64,000 bases of DNA from Amphiscolops sp. MND2022 (lineage: Eukaryota), in assembly GCA_964187785.1 (NCBI GenBank), contig OZ076412.1, positions 72,602,001-72,666,000 of the forward strand. Reading direction: 5' to 3'. The notes beneath the pieces were generated by a model that worked only from the letters and a program-made list of their open reading frames with translations, searched no databases and was not told the origin of the DNA. The translations under genes were made by a program, and so were the position numbers. Within the stretch, counting starts at the first letter, position 1. Every line of letters starts with the position of its first letter. Below are positions 1-13,508 of this stretch, in pieces.

Positions 1-224
1 TAATATTAATAATGCATCCATGATAATTTGTGATTTTTCGCAATCGTTTCACACTTGGCATGAAGTAAAAACTATCGTTTAAAAATATCCCAACGAAAAG
101 TTGACAAAAAATTTCAACAATTCTTTCTTTTTGTAGTGAGGCTTGAAAAGTATTGTTGAAAGTTTCGTTTTCACAGAGAAGAGTCTCATTGTATTTCCCA
201 ATTGTTCGCTAACATTGTTGCCGC

Positions 225-412
225 AAGTTCGACGTAATAGTACAATATTTCATAATTTGATAAAATCGTTGACGTAGTGTTGACGTACATTCAAAATCAG
301 TCCTTACTGTCCTTTTTGCGATGTAGTGTTGACGTAGATTCAAATTATTGTGACGTACTGTTGACGTAAACTGAGCCTTATTGCCGAGAAACCGAAGTAG
401 TGTTGACGTAAA
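225..412. repeat. Cluster of short repeats with core TGACGTA (mostly GTTGACGTA)
   Basis: About 7 copies of (T)GACGTA within about 190 bp, often as GTGTTGACGTA. Confidence 0.6.
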
Positions 413-619
413 TTTCTTCAGTTCTTACTGACATAGTTGCGGCGTAGCTGCGAATTTTGAATTCATAAGCCTCGCTCTGATGGGGCTGTGCCCTAGAGAG
501 ACGTTTCTTTAGATACCGTCTGCGTGATAGTGACGCTACAAAAATCTTCACAAAAATCATTCCCATTTTATAATCACCGTAAATTTAATTGAAGTGATCG
601 CGTTCAAATCGGAAACCAA

Positions 620-1990
620 AAACATGTTTGGGAATAAAATTGAAATTGCACAGAACAAGACAACAGACCAACTCAAACAAAAAATTGAAAAGTCATTCGA
701 AAGCGAACCTTTCAGTTGAAAACATCGAGGTAGATATGAACCTCGAACTGTATGCAAAAGTCGTACATCAAAGAGAAAAACCGATCCCCATACATTTACA
801 CAATTTGATGGCACCAGTGCTAAAACGTCAAATGGACTCTGTACATTTATTTAGTGAAGCTACTGAACTGAAAATTGACTCATTCATGCGTGCCTTTGTT
901 CAACGAAACTAAACGCTTGCAAAAATCAAAAAAAGCAACTGCCAAAAATGGAAGTGTCGTTGAACAAAACAACCAAAACAATCAATAAAAAGCTGGATAT
1001 GGACCTGCAGATTTTGACAAGAACTCGAATACGGACACAACCAACTGAAGCCAACTGAAAGGGTACAAAACACTATGCTCGCAATGACAACTGTATAATC
1101 GATATTACAGATTTTGAAAAAGATTTCACGGCCTATTTGATTTACCCTCCAATTTTCTTACAATTAGTGGACAAAGCACTCAACTTTGAGATGCCCGCAC
1201 GATATCATAATAGTGACAAGGGGCTCTATGGAAGACCAACATGAACAAGTCGAAGTTATCTTAACACAATTCAATTACTAAAGGCTGGATACAGGACAAG
1301 TTCAAAAAGCAATTCTTCTTGACAAAAAAGGAATGGCTCGATTGTGAATCCAACGACTCAAGAAGATAAAGTAAAAGGACTGACAGAAATCAGCTTTTCA
1401 ATAAAACAAAATGAGCTGAAAGTCTTCAAGGTTAAATTTATACGCTTTCGAAATCCATAGAGAACTTATTAAGCAAAACTGGCGTAGTACGGAAATTAGC
1501 GAAAAAAATTAAGAAAAGGACTTGGAACGAAGAAAAACGAAAAAAAAATGAGGAAATACTGCCAATGTTTGAAAGCATTCCGAACCTGGCCCATTTCTAC
1601 AAAAGTCTGAAAAATAGATTCCAACTGAGGCCAGCACACTAGGTCTGGTAGCGATTTCATGGCAAGAGTAAAAAGACAAACCAACAAAAACCAATTGAAT
1701 TTGCCAGCTGATTTTTAAACAGAGCCGAAAAAAGCTGAGTTTAAAATCTAGAACTACCAGCAATGCTTTGGGCCTAGAACATTACAGTTTGTACATATAC
1801 GGCGAAGAAGTCATTTTGGCAATTGTCTACTAAGCCCCTCAACCAATGTTACGGTCAACAATCTTTTCTGTCGGCGCTTTTGAAGAAAAGTGCCCGACTC
1901 TTCCAGTGGGTAGTTTTTTAGACACATAAGGTCCACTTTTTTGTTCATTTGTTCAGCAACAACAACAACTACTTGAACTACGGACGTTCA
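620..1990 (+). mobile_element. Degenerate Gypsy-type pol fragment (RT connection/RNase H)
   Basis: Interrupted translations at about 1590-1860 (AHF..T-EASTLGLVAISWQE; WGLEHYSLYIYGEEVIL) resemble Gypsy RNase H motifs (TDAS..GLGA.LWQ; WGLEHF..YIYG). Many stops and frameshifts; boundaries approximate. Confidence 0.6.
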
Positions 1991-2032
1991 AAACATACTC
2001 GAAACGTGAGAACATCGTCCAAAACTTACTAA

Positions 2033-2306
2033 GGATCCCCCTTTGGCTATCTTGGTGTTTTTCACTTGGATGTTTTCGGCACTATGGGACTTTTTTTCGA
2101 AAATTTTTGGATTGCACTAAAGGGTCCCCCTTCACTTTTGCAACAGAATATATCCCAGAGGGTCCCCTTTTTACATTTTTCGGCACTGTGACACTGCAAC
2201 AAACTGGAGTTCCAAAAAGCCCAAAGGGTCCCCCTTTACAATTTTTAAAATGTTGCGCTTTTTGATCCGTAGATATAGCGCCGAATTTGGCAGTTACCGG
2301 CTTGTT
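2033..2306 (+). mobile_element. Truncated copy of HINE-like family C
   Basis: Ends AGATATAGCGCCGAATTTGGCAGTTACCGGCTTGTT, like the copy at 48045-48618, and contains the GGGTCCCC modules. Confidence 0.65.
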
Positions 2307-2886
2307 ACTCTGTAAAGGATAAAACGTCTACAAAAAACCTACACTTCAATCAAATTTCTGAACGCTTCAGAATTCAATATCTTTACCGAAAAAGATAAGC
2401 TAACGACAATTCAATCCGAAAAACCATCATGCTGTAAAACTTTCTTCCTTCTTTTCCATGGGCCACAGTGTAAAATCAACTTCCCCATCTGACTAAACAA
2501 TCGGTTATTCTTACACGTGTGGAATGTGTTTTGGTGTTTCCTGTAGATTCTGATACTTCAAAAAAAACGTTTGATCTCTTCTTTTTTTTATAGTGAGGTC
2601 ATGATGCTTGAAAGAATTGTTGACACGTTGAGAGGCTGATTGTACTTGTCTTCACTGCGCTTGATAGTTCTAAGAATCACTAAGCTAATGGACAGAAATA
2701 GCAGTAAACTGTAAATTGGGTAGATCTATCGATTATTATCTGTAATGTTATGAACTAGAAGTATCTTGGTATTTTGATAATGTTTACCAACAACAACAAA
2801 CATGAGTCTAAAAAAGTTCATTGTTCATTTCAACTCAATAGATTTCGGAACCCGGTTAACACGTAACAAATAGAACTTCTTTGCAG

Positions 2887-3110
2887 GTGACCGAAAACCC
2901 GCAAGTGATGGAACCGCCAGCATGTTACCCATATTGGGAGCCAAAGATTCAGGCCCCATGCCAGGCCATAACTGGTTGCAAGCCGTTGATGACAACGTGA
3001 AAACATATTTCTACGCAATGCGTGTAACCGGTGGTTGGATTCGATTCGAAATTCCCCAAGCCAAAGTGACTGAAGTTCGCTTGAGAAGTAGAAGAAGCTC
3101 TAGTCGTTAG
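2887..3110 (+). CDS. Probable terminal exon of an unidentified host gene
   Basis: Acceptor ttctttgcAG at 2885-2886, then an open frame (G)DRKPASDGTASMLPILGAKDSGPMPGHNWLQAVDD...RSSSR* with higher GC than the flanks. No domain recognised. Confidence 0.45.
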
Positions 3111-4008
3111 TATAAAACTTGCTACTTTTTTAGCATTGTCATATTGATGGGAAACTGCTATCTATCTATCTAATTTATCTAGCTATCTCTTTCTAATTCA
3201 CCGCATGTACCAGTGACGCGAAAGGCGAATTCCAGGTTCTCTTTCAAACCAAAGGCGGATTGTCTTTATGAAGGGTCCTATGGTACCATCACATAGCTGT
3301 GGTGTCCACTACAGTTTCCCCGAAAAAAAAACGTTGCCTCCTTAGCCATTGTAAGACTTGTAGATGCTTCCGTTTTTTGGTTGCTGATGTCGCCAGAGTG
3401 ACTGGCTTGTTCGTGAATCAACCTTCCAGTCATCAATCAGGCTCTGTTCCGCGTAGACCCGGTTGATATGTGCCAAAAACTGTCGATTAACTCTTTCTTT
3501 TTTGGGGCTTTATTTGATTGTCTGAAGTTTTCACAGTGTTGGAGGTTTCTGGTTTCTGGTTCAAAATGGGTCATTACTAAATCCATCTCCTAGCCTTTTT
3601 GTTTTCAGTTTCTTCGGTTGGTAGTCAAATCTAACGTCACTCCTTAGAACGAACAGATTCAATACTTTTTGTGTCTGCTGAAATTCCAATCTAGTGAGGA
3701 TGTCCAGGTGGTCGCAATTCAAGAAGTTTTAACTTTGGTAAATGGTCTTTTATAGTAGTGAAATTCTAATCAGTACTCCTTTTGAACTCAGTTTGGAGGT
3801 TGTTCTCAAAATTTCCTAGGCATTTTCTGGACTTTGACTGACGGTTTTACAGGATTTTAAATTCGTTTAAAACAATTCTTACAATGTCCATACTCAACGC
3901 CCTTCTAGGTTTGTGGTATGGCAGTGTCGAGTTCTGTGCACCAGATCAAAACATACCCTCTTTGGAAGAAATTTCATCAATCCTTTCATAGTGTTTTCGG
4001 AATGTAAA

Positions 4009-4283
4009 TGTTGGTAATGGACTTGGTGAGGAGCAATCTGTCCTCAGAAGAATTTGTTCGTTGTGATATTTACGAGTTAGGAGAAAGGTTAATAACGATT
4101 ACAACTTCCTCAGAGGCGTTAGACTCGATTCTTAAGTTAATATATCAGTGATAATTTAACCATCAATTAGAAAAGTAGCCTCTAATAATTACTAGTTAGG
4201 CATACGTATATCCGTGATTAAAGGATTACTTTACCTTATGAGCATCTGTCAAGTAAGACCCGTGTGAGATCAAGCTGTTAACA
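4009..4283 (-). repeat. Copia 3' LTR
   Basis: Direct repeat of 8189-8463, adjacent to the PPT. Confidence 0.9.
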
Positions 4284-7200
4284 CCCCCACTCAGCGTTGA
4301 CCCGAATTAGGAGTTAGGGTGTAGTCTGCCCATGATATTCTCACGGTGTTCTTTGAATTTCAGTTCACAGAGTCATTTAGGGGAAAAATCTGCTGCCAAT
4401 TTCTGTGTTGGCACATAACGTATATTTATCCTATTTTTCTGGACTGCATCAAGCAGGAAGTGCTGTTTGACATCAATATGTGTCGATTTTTTGTGGGAGA
4501 CAGGGTTTGTTGACAACTTTACAGTACTTTGATAGTCTTCTCCCAGATCAGTTGGTTGATTCTGTGGATAATGTATATTAGCTATTAGTTGTCGAAGAAA
4601 TAACACTTCTTGTGCTGCAGCTGCCAGCCCTTGATTTTCTGCTTCGCAACTCGAGAGTGCAACAGTTTGTTGCTTCCTCACTTGCCATGATATAGCACCA
4701 CTGTAGACCATACTTGAAATAGAAACCGGTGGTTGATTTGCGACCGTTTTGATCGCAACCAGTCTAGAGCACTTTCTTCCAACAAAATAGGGTTCTTTAG
4801 TTTGAAAAAGGGTATTTTCAGGTTCGATGATCCACGTAGATATTCAAAGATTCTTTTCACAGCACTCATATGTGCTTTGGTTGGTTTCGCAATGAACCTT
4901 GAGAATACGTTTTCTCCAAACAAGATACCTCGTCGAGTTTGCTTAGAAAGAAATACAAAGATGCAAGTGGGCTTCGATATGCAGTTTCATCTGCAAGTTC
5001 ATCGTCATCAGTAGCTTTCATGAACTTCTCGTTTGGAGAATTATGGATTTACAAGGGATTTGCAATTACTCATGCCTTGCTTCTCTAGTAACTCTAGTTC
5101 TGTCTCTAGTAAGTACTGTTCTTGATTAAGACTTGTTCGTCCTGGCCCCTTCTCTATTCTGATGCATAAGAACCATCTTACCTCCCCTCTTTCTTCCATT
5201 TTGAAGTTTTCTCTGAAATTCTTTTTCAGCGCTTGAATTTCTTCGAGATTAGAAATAGTCACAATGACATCATTTATTGAAAACTCATCCGTGAATTATT
5301 TCCTGGTTCGTTTCTGACATACAAACAGTGAACGTTTCTGTTTTGTTTAAAAGTTTCTTCCACTAAGAAGTTTTTGAGTCTATCTTTCCAGTTTTTGCTG
5401 GCTTGTTTCAAACAATAAATTGACCTATTGAGCTTGCGCACTAATTTTGTGCCATCCTCAGTTTTTCTTGATATTCTTCGGGTTGTTCATTTAACACCTC
5501 CTCATCAATTTTTGCATGTGAGAATTTTGACTTAACATCTAACTACTCTAAATGTAAATAATGTTGCGCTACTATAGCTAAGAATAATACGAACGTTTCA
5601 GGTTTACTAGTGGGAGCGAACGTTTCTCCGTACTCTAGAATTCCTATTTGATCGAACCCAATTGGAACGAATTGAACCTTATCCCTTTCAACTGCTCCAT
5701 GTTCGTTGTTTGATTTTGAATATCCATTTTCTGGGCACAATCATCCGAGCGTTTGGTGGCTTGACTGGCAACCAAGTCTGCTTTTCTTTCAAGGTTTGCA
5801 ATTCTTTATTCATTGGTTTGATTCACTGCTCAGAACTGGTTGAATCAACTGCTTGCTTTTACATCAGTGGTTCTGACTTCTCACTGAGAAAAGAATCAGG
5901 AGTGAAGTATTTTCCGAAACGTAAAAGAATTAAAGTATTTTCTCGTTTAGCCTTAGCCGGTTTAAAATTACTTGTCGTCATATCAAATCTCTCTTTGTAA
6001 GAGCTTGTTGCAAATCGGAGCCTGTAATTTGGCAATGAACTACGAATGGTTCCAGTTTTTAATCAAAATTTTGATTACTTCGAGTAATTGCAACTTCTTT
6101 TCTATAAGTGCTATCAACAGATAGCTTTTCAAGCTCAGTTTTTACAGGTTCGTTTTTGACTTCCTCCAAACTAGTTTCATGACCTAGTGTTACATCTGCC
6201 GAACCCATTCGAAGCTCATTTGATTCATTCCCGTTGTTTATGTCAATGGGATTTTGGCGGAGAGATGACGAACTCGAGTCATCGAAATCAGCTTCTTTAT
6301 CTGTTTTAAATGATGTTACTTATATTTCGTTGACGATTACTACATTCCTGGCAACGAATTTTTTCACTGTGCTCACGTCTTGCACTACGTACCCCGGACT
6401 ACGTTCATCGTATCATAAATACTTACATTTTGACGACTTTTCGTCAAGTGTTTGTCGTGAGATTTTGAGTTATTGTAGCATAAGTACGTAACGATATCCA
6501 TGAACGCTCGCAGGATTCAGAGGCCCTAAAATGTCTACAAAATCTCTTCCCATGGTTTTTTTCCTTTTGATTTCAGTTTCTTTTGGATGTGGTACTTTGG
6601 TTATCTTACATAATGCACACATTCCACGGACATCTAGTTTGCAGGCTCTCTGAGTGTGAGCAGTCTTTCTGACGTCATTCAAATTCAAATGACATAGACG
6701 TTTATGCGTAGACAAAGTTCCGAATCATCAGTTTTGACTGCGCTACAAATTTTGCCTTTTTCGACAAACTCAGCTCGTAGGAAATAGAAGTTGTGTTTTC
6801 CCTGATATCAAAATAATCACGGCAACTACAGAGTTTCAGACTAACACGTTTCGCTTTAAACAAGATTGAGTGCCCTTTCTGAAGAATTTTGTCGACTGAG
6901 AGTATATTATAATGAACTTGTATCGAGGTACATACAAAACATCCTTCGAAAGCAACCTAACGTTCGGGTTTTTTGTGTTGCAAGCTTCAATCTCAACACT
7001 GCCTACTCCTTTTAATTCTGATTATCCTCCATTGGGACTCAGTACAACTTCCTGTTTCTCTTGGAACTCAGGAAAAAATGGTTTCCGGAAACAATGTGAT
7101 CAGTGCTTCCTGGATCTATCACGAAATTGCTCCTTATCACTTCGAACTTTTGGCGCATAATCATGCTGAAGACTGAATCACGCGGACTCAAACTTCTGCC

Positions 7201-8188
7201 CCTTTCTTTGCATGCCTTTTCTAAATGACTTTTCTGCATGCAATGACTGCAAAAAGGCATGTCCTTTTTTTACAGTCCGTCCCTAAATGCCCCGCTAAAC
7301 CTCAGGCATAATAAGTGAGAACTCTATCACCGCCTTTCTTAATGTCTTTGCTTCGAGCCGCCCCAGAGAAAGACTAAGTTGGCATTCCCACATGCCTTGC
7401 TGTTTGCCCTAGCCTCTGCTCTTTCTCAATACTGTAGTTGAGAATCCTCTTGCACAGTTCCGTGTAGTCTCCAGAAGTGTTGAACGACTCCTGAACAATG
7501 AATTGTTCATACTGCCCTGGAAGACCATTCAGTATCAGCGCATTAAATATTGCTGGGCCCAGATTCTCACCTGCTTGTTGTAGTCGACTGTACAATTTTT
7601 GGGCTCTGATGAAAAACCAATGGATATCTTCGCATTCTGTCAACTTCAATCGCGCCGGTTAAGCAACTATACTGACAACAGTTGGCGGCTCATTGCTGCG
7701 GAATCGATCCATCACAGAATTCCATGCTTCCTGGCTATCGCTCATTCCTTCTGCATTCACAGTTGTCATCAAGGTCGTTAAATCCCGAGCTAGAGCCAAA
7801 TAACACCAAACAATGTTGTTTCAGTTTGTCTTCTTTTCAACCTTGAATCGATTTTGCTCTTGCTGAACATTGTGCGCATCTTGTTGCTTATCTGAAGTGT
7901 TTTCTGCGCGATTTCGAGGCCTGACTATGAAATCTTTTTCTCCCATTAATGTTTTGTAGAGACCCTTCGTCTGCATGAATGCAACGAATCTGGATCTCCA
8001 AGGTGAAAAATTCTCCGATTTTCCAATAATTGTAGCCATTTGAGACTATTGCTGTCAGTTGTCATCACTCTTTATCTCTCTCGAGCTGCTCTGTACACTT
8101 TCAAAGTTGAATGCAGAATGTTCAGAACTTTGAATCGCTTGTGGTGATTGGGATCTTGCTTCAACTTCGGAATACTATGCCCATAACC

Positions 8189-8463
8189 TGTTGGTAAAAG
8201 ACTTGGTAAGGAGCAATCTGTTCTCGAAAAATATTATTCGTTGTGATATTTACAAGTTAAGAAAAAAGTTAATACTGATTACAACTTCTTGAGATGCGTT
8301 AGACTTGATTAATTAATAAATATGTCAGCGATAATTTAACGATCAATTAAAAAAGTAGCCTCTCATAGTTACTAAGTAGCGATAAATATATCCGTGATTG
8401 AAGGATTCTTTTAACTTATACGCATCTGTCAAGTATGACCTGTGTGAGATCAAGCTGTTAACA
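8189..8463 (-). repeat. Copia 5' LTR
   Basis: Direct repeat of 4009-4283, adjacent to the PBS at about 8175-8188. Confidence 0.9.
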
Positions 8464-9089
8464 GTTATTCCGCCGGTTGAGTTAATACACTGCTCTAGAA
8501 GTTGTTCGAGCGGTCATCTCTCCTTTTAATAGCTCAAATGCCCGCTCATGCGCTTCTGGTCACATCTTGTTTGTATCTGTTTCAAACAATTGGCATAGAA
8601 TGCCTGATTGGGTTTGAGAATTATGACGAACTTTAACAAGTGAAAACATGTGATAACGGGAAAAGATAACGGAATCGATAGTATAGATGTAGCAGGTGAT
8701 TAACAAAGGAAGAACAAATGTAGTTGATTAGGTATCTATCAACCAATAGCAAGACATTTGTTAGTTGTCTCATTCCACTTCAGTTTATCAATCTACTCGA
8801 CTGATAATATCCCAACAATTTGTCAAATAGGCTTGTATTTGCCAGCAAAGACGGTCACAAAGTGTTCAAAACAAGCAATCATTTAATCATCAAATCCTCG
8901 CACTATCTGAAGAAAAGTTGGAAACTTAAACAAACAGGGGAAGAAAAACAACAAACGGCGAAAATACGATTTGCATGGTACAGGTTGTCTTTTAGGGTTT
9001 GTTTTTGCGTGATTGTATTCAAAAGCATTGTTTTGCAAATGTCGTTTTTTCTAACGTTGGAACTAGAAACTTGGAATTCACCACTGTTT

Positions 9090-9641
9090 TCATCCAAGAC
9101 TGCAAAATACATTAAGCAAATTCAAAGATAGCTTTTCAGACGATTCAACGATACATTCGTTCGAGCTCTTTTTTTCAAATTTTAGCCTAAGTTTCACCAC
9201 TTCATTTTCACGTTTCAAGAATTTAAAAGTACTTTTTTTACAGACTCTAGCAAGAATGGTGACCAAATATTTGTTTGCGACGGAGCAACTTGTCAACTCT
9301 GTGGAACTTTCTCCCATTCTGAAGTCGGACCTGGAGAATGGGGTAGGAAGCAATGCAATGACGGCAATGGGTTTTTCGGTGACACTGTCGTTGTAACGGC
9401 GCCTCTTCAGGTTCTTCAGATAGTAGAAATTCAAATCATGGGATTCAGTTAGTTCATGTTCACATTGCTTCTCTACAACAGATTTGGAAGTTAATATTGG
9501 ATCTAATCGATCAACCAGAAGACTATTCTTTACCTCTTTACTCACAGTTCGTCTGATGATTTGAATCAGAGAGGAATATTCCAAAACTTTGAAAAGTTTT
9601 TGACATTCAAAATACCAACTATTCCTCACTATGTTCCTCAC
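9090..9641 (-). CDS. Unassigned 183-aa ORF (possibly transposon-derived or an exon)
   Basis: ATG-initiated ORF that is long for this AT-rich background. No recognisable motif. Confidence 0.25.
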   Translation of the reverse strand: MRNIVRNSWYFECQKLFKVLEYSSLIQIIRRTVSKEVKNSLLVDRLDPILTSKSVVEKQCEHELTESHDLNFYYLKNLKRRRYNDSVTEKPIAVIALLPTPFSRSDFRMGESSTELTSCSVANKYLVTILARVCKKSTFKFLKRENEVVKLRLKFEKKSSNECIVESSEKLSLNLLNVFCSLG

Positions 9642-11582
9642 TAATTGTGAATATTGTGATTGAGTTCAAATCACTCAGACTCTCATATCAGTGTTCTAAA
9701 AATTCTATAGGCTTATCGAAGAGTTCAAATTAAGTTCACGAAGAGGTTTCAAAATGCAAGCAAAATGGCATTTGACGGTTTATAAAATTTTCAAGGTGTT
9801 GTTAGAAAACCTCGACGTCAACAATATTTACCAGTGACTTCACTATTCAAGGCTACCAATTGCGAGCAAGTGTACATTTATACTTTCTCAATACATTTTA
9901 CATATTTTATAAAATCTGTTGTTTTGTACCACTAAAACTAAACGGAGATCCGTAAATTGTGACTCACAAAGGTATGAGAAAATTGAGTATACGTCTTATT
10001 CAGGGAGCAAATTACGAGGAAAAATACTAGAGCTATTCCCGGTTGTTAAAAATCAGCGGAAATCTTGGTTTTATGATTCAATTTTCATTTTTGAGATTGC
10101 AATTTCTCGTTCTCACTGTATATTCGGTTTAATCTTTTATTCGGTTTTTCTAGTTTCAAACTCGGTAGTTGTAGGGGGTTTTCTAATAAAACCAAATTGG
10201 TAAAATACCAATCGGAGACAGGGGGTTTTTCGGATTTTTCATACTCAGTACTGCTGTTGATTTGCCATTCAAAACTTCAGCGAGTCCACAGGTTTTTCAG
10301 CCTGACGATGCGTAGCCAGCATGTATGCGAAGCAGGTCTCTTGGTTTGTTCGGAGTTTCAAGAGTAATAGGCTTTTCACTCACAATCGCTTCAATATTTT
10401 TATTTTCCGCCCACATATAATGGGGAAGGAAAATCATAATCTGTGTTGCGTTTTTTTTCCAATTTTTGCCAAATCTCCACGATCTTCATCCGCTACTTGA
10501 CTATTTCTGAAATTACTTGAATATTTCTAGTAAATGCAAATTGATTTCATTAATAAGTTCTAAGTTCATCGTCTACATTAGCCTTCTAACTATCGCAACT
10601 CCATTGCTTAAAATTGCAAAGTTCAAATCCAAGTATCTTGAGAACTACTAGGAAAACAAAACATTGTCAGCTAGGGACGTTTGTTGGATTTTTTGTAGTT
10701 ATCAAAAATATTTGTTCGACTTTTCTACTAGAAAAGGTAGAAATTGTATATTCTGACCAAATTTGATCAAATTTGCATTTTTCTCGACTTTCGCAAAGTT
10801 AAAAAAGTACTTTTGAAGCATTTCGGTCAGTCATTTGCACTCACTGAGGATGCCTATATAATTTGATTGAAAAAGTTTTTCCATTCAAAAAAAAGTCATC
10901 AGTTTTCTAAATAGTTTTTATCGCCTGTCTTAACATATGTGTTTTCATAGGCCCAAAACAGAGTAAATTTTTTTTGGAAAAATTCATTAGGTTTGGGAGA
11001 TAATAAAAATGAAAAAATGGATATAAGTCTCTCAAATGTCAAAAAACTCAAAGTTAAATTAAAAGTTTCTAAAATTTGCAATTTTCAAATGGGTTGTAGA
11101 AATTTCAAACAAACATTTTTGTAGAGTACATAAAATTTTACAAAGCTTTTTGTAGCTGACAATTTTTTGTATTTGTGACAGTTTGCGAGTTATTTGGTTT
11201 TGAATTTTGTCATTTTGTGCATTGGAGTTGCAATATTTTAGAACGCTACTGTATTTCTCACACTCCGTCTGTAAAGCTTTTTGGCGATAGCCATCGATTT
11301 CGTAGGCTGATGTGGGCAGTGTGTAACAAACGGGCGACTGTTGACTGTGATTCAGGAGGCCCGAGATAATTCTGCTCTATTAGGAACTAACTGATGTTTG
11401 TCGACAGTGTAGCCTTCACGGAAAACCACTCAAGGAAGTACTAAGATAGACCAAAAACTTCATGTAAGTCTTTTGGCATCTTTTTGTACCATATTTTCTT
11501 TCATGTACATCGCTAAATCCATAAGTCGACGAAAAACGCTATTTCGACAGGGGAACAACTATGTTTTCTGTCATTTGTGTCA

Positions 11583-12359
11583 CCCGGGTTGACCACCATA
11601 CGAAAAACATGTAGATCATAAAATGCCATATATGGTGTTTATGAAATCAGTTCAGCCATGAAATGACAATACAAAAAGATCTATGGTCATTTTATGAGAA
11701 ACATGTTTCCCATACTATGGTCATTTTATGGAACGAATGGTTTCCATAGTTTGTTCAAACTATGAAAAACGTGCTTTTTGAACGAGTTTTCTCTGTCAAC
11801 ATTAATTAGGCAGAAATTAGAATTCCTCTGTCTAACACAGTGACTTTTTTCGGTTTTTCATCTTTAAAACTTCAAAAACATACTTTAAAAACATGCATTC
11901 CATGAAATAACCATACTTTGAAAAAATGGGTTCAAATTATGTTGACCTTTCAGCAAAAGTGACCACTTCCAGAAAAAATGATGAGTCCTAATATGACTTG
12001 TATTTTGTGAGGATAGTAACAGAAGAGCAGGTTTCATCAAAGTGTCATACTTCAAACAACATGATTTCCATAAGAGGGCCATACTTAAAAAACATGGTAT
12101 CCATAGAATGACCATACTTGAAAACATGGTATCCATAGAATGATCATACATGAAAACATGGTTTCCATAAAGGGGCCATACTTGAAAACATGGTTTCCAT
12201 AAAAGGGCCATACAGTTATATGAAATCATGCAATCCATACAATGATCATATATGGAAAACATTAAAGTCATAACAAGAACATAAAATGTTTTTTTTTGTA
12301 TGGCAACTAATTTCCATCTATGGAAACATTTTATGGTTTGCATGTCAGGTCAACCCGGG
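11583..12359. mobile_element. MITE with CCCGGGTTGAC TIRs and an internal minisatellite (CMC/EnSpm-like by termini)
   Basis: 11-bp TIR and a 2-bp direct flank (CA/CA). Internal tandem units of about 30-33 bp (CCATACTTGAAAACATGG...). Confidence 0.7.
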
Positions 12360-12590
12360 CAATGAAGTTTGTTGGCTCGACACATATTAGTCGTGGATCT
12401 GTGCGAAAAACTGTAAAATGTTCGAATGATCTAATAGGCTGTTTGTGTGTTTTTTAAAAAATTTGGCCCACCTGTCACACTTCTGAACTCCAAGTGCCAG
12501 TGGCAACCGGAGTTCAGGGGAAAATTTGTGTTTCAGCCTATTTTTCAATACCAAGATTTAATTGCTAAATCATACCCCTTGCTGGTCCTC

Positions 12591-13292
12591 CCAGTGTGAG
12601 ATATCTTGAAACTCTTGCTAAGAATCTTACAATTTCCTGAGACCCTTGGTAAGAATCTTGACAAGATTCTTACCAAGAGCGCCAAGAATATGTACGATCT
12701 TGCAAGATCTTGCCAACTTCAAGAAAAATGCCTAATTTTTTCGACTAAAATACCACAAAAAAAGGTATTTGGAACAAAAAAAAGATCTCAGGAAAAACCA
12801 AGACTCTTGTCAAAACTTCGAAGAAATTCCAAGAATCTTGTCAAAAAATGCAAGAAAATCTAAGAAATGCCAAGAATCTTGGCAAGAAATCCGGCAAAAA
12901 CCCAAGAACAAACTTTTTGTATTTTTACAAAAAAATCAATCTGATTCAACAATTTGGCTCCAAAATACTTTTGGAAAGTTTCCCTGATTTCATATTTGAT
13001 ATTTTTCCATATTTCAGCAGGAAATTTTTTTATAAACAAAGTTTGTTCCATACGAACGATCCTGGTTGGTGTTTGATGAAATGCATAAATTATCAGAGAC
13101 ATAAATAAATTGCGAAATGCAGTTTTCACCTCCCGGATTTCTTGACAAGAATCTTGGCAAGATTCTTGTCAAGAGTTTCAAGATTTTTTTGGTCCAAGAT
13201 AATTCAAGATCTTATCAAGGTTTTCAGGAGGTAACGGGAATTTGTGGGAAAATCCAAGATCTTGGCAAGAGTTTCAAGATATTTTACACTGG
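12591..13292. mobile_element. MITE with ~32-bp TIRs and many CAAGA/TCTTG motifs
   Basis: CCAGTGTGAGATATCTTGAAACTCTTGC at the left end matches the reverse complement of the right end (CCAGTGTAAAATATCTTGAAACTCTTGC). No clear TSD. Confidence 0.7.
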
Positions 13293-13508
13293 ACTGAGAC
13301 CCCCGACTTCTAAACTTGATAATAATAATACTACTAGTTACGCCCCTGTCCCCCTGTTCCTGCGTGTGTTGCAATATCGTCGATCAAGCTTTCGCAAATA
13401 TAATCCCATCAAAAAAGCCCACACTTGCCCAAAAAAAGACACAATTGTGATAAAAACCCATAAAAAACAAGGGTCGCCCACTTTTCTTCCAGTGACAACA
13501 AAATAGAA

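Larger units (their letters stand above)
4009..8463 (-). mobile_element. Old, full-structure Ty1/Copia LTR retrotransposon (pseudogenised)
   Basis: 275-bp LTRs (TGTTGG...TTAACA) at 4009-4283 and 8189-8463, roughly 80% identical by eye. Copia-type PBS GGTTATGGGCATAG follows the 5' LTR and a PPT (TGAGTGGGGG) precedes the 3' LTR. Broken ORFs in the order gag, CCHC knuckle, protease (IDPGSTDH), GAG-pre-integrase (HKRLCHLN), integrase, RT, RNase H (KQQTVALSSCEAE). Confidence 0.93.

Noticed and set aside
3300-8640. Copia nested into one contiguous older Gypsy pol gene
   Set aside because: Both flanks have weak pol-like translations on the minus strand, but they do not join into adjacent domains and the putative TSD (GTAAA vs GTTAT) matches only 3 of 5. 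Not supportable by eye.
11885-13506. ORFs of 70-152 aa in this region, and 17369-17836
   Set aside because: They are produced by minisatellite or MITE repeats and give repetitive, non-protein-like translations.
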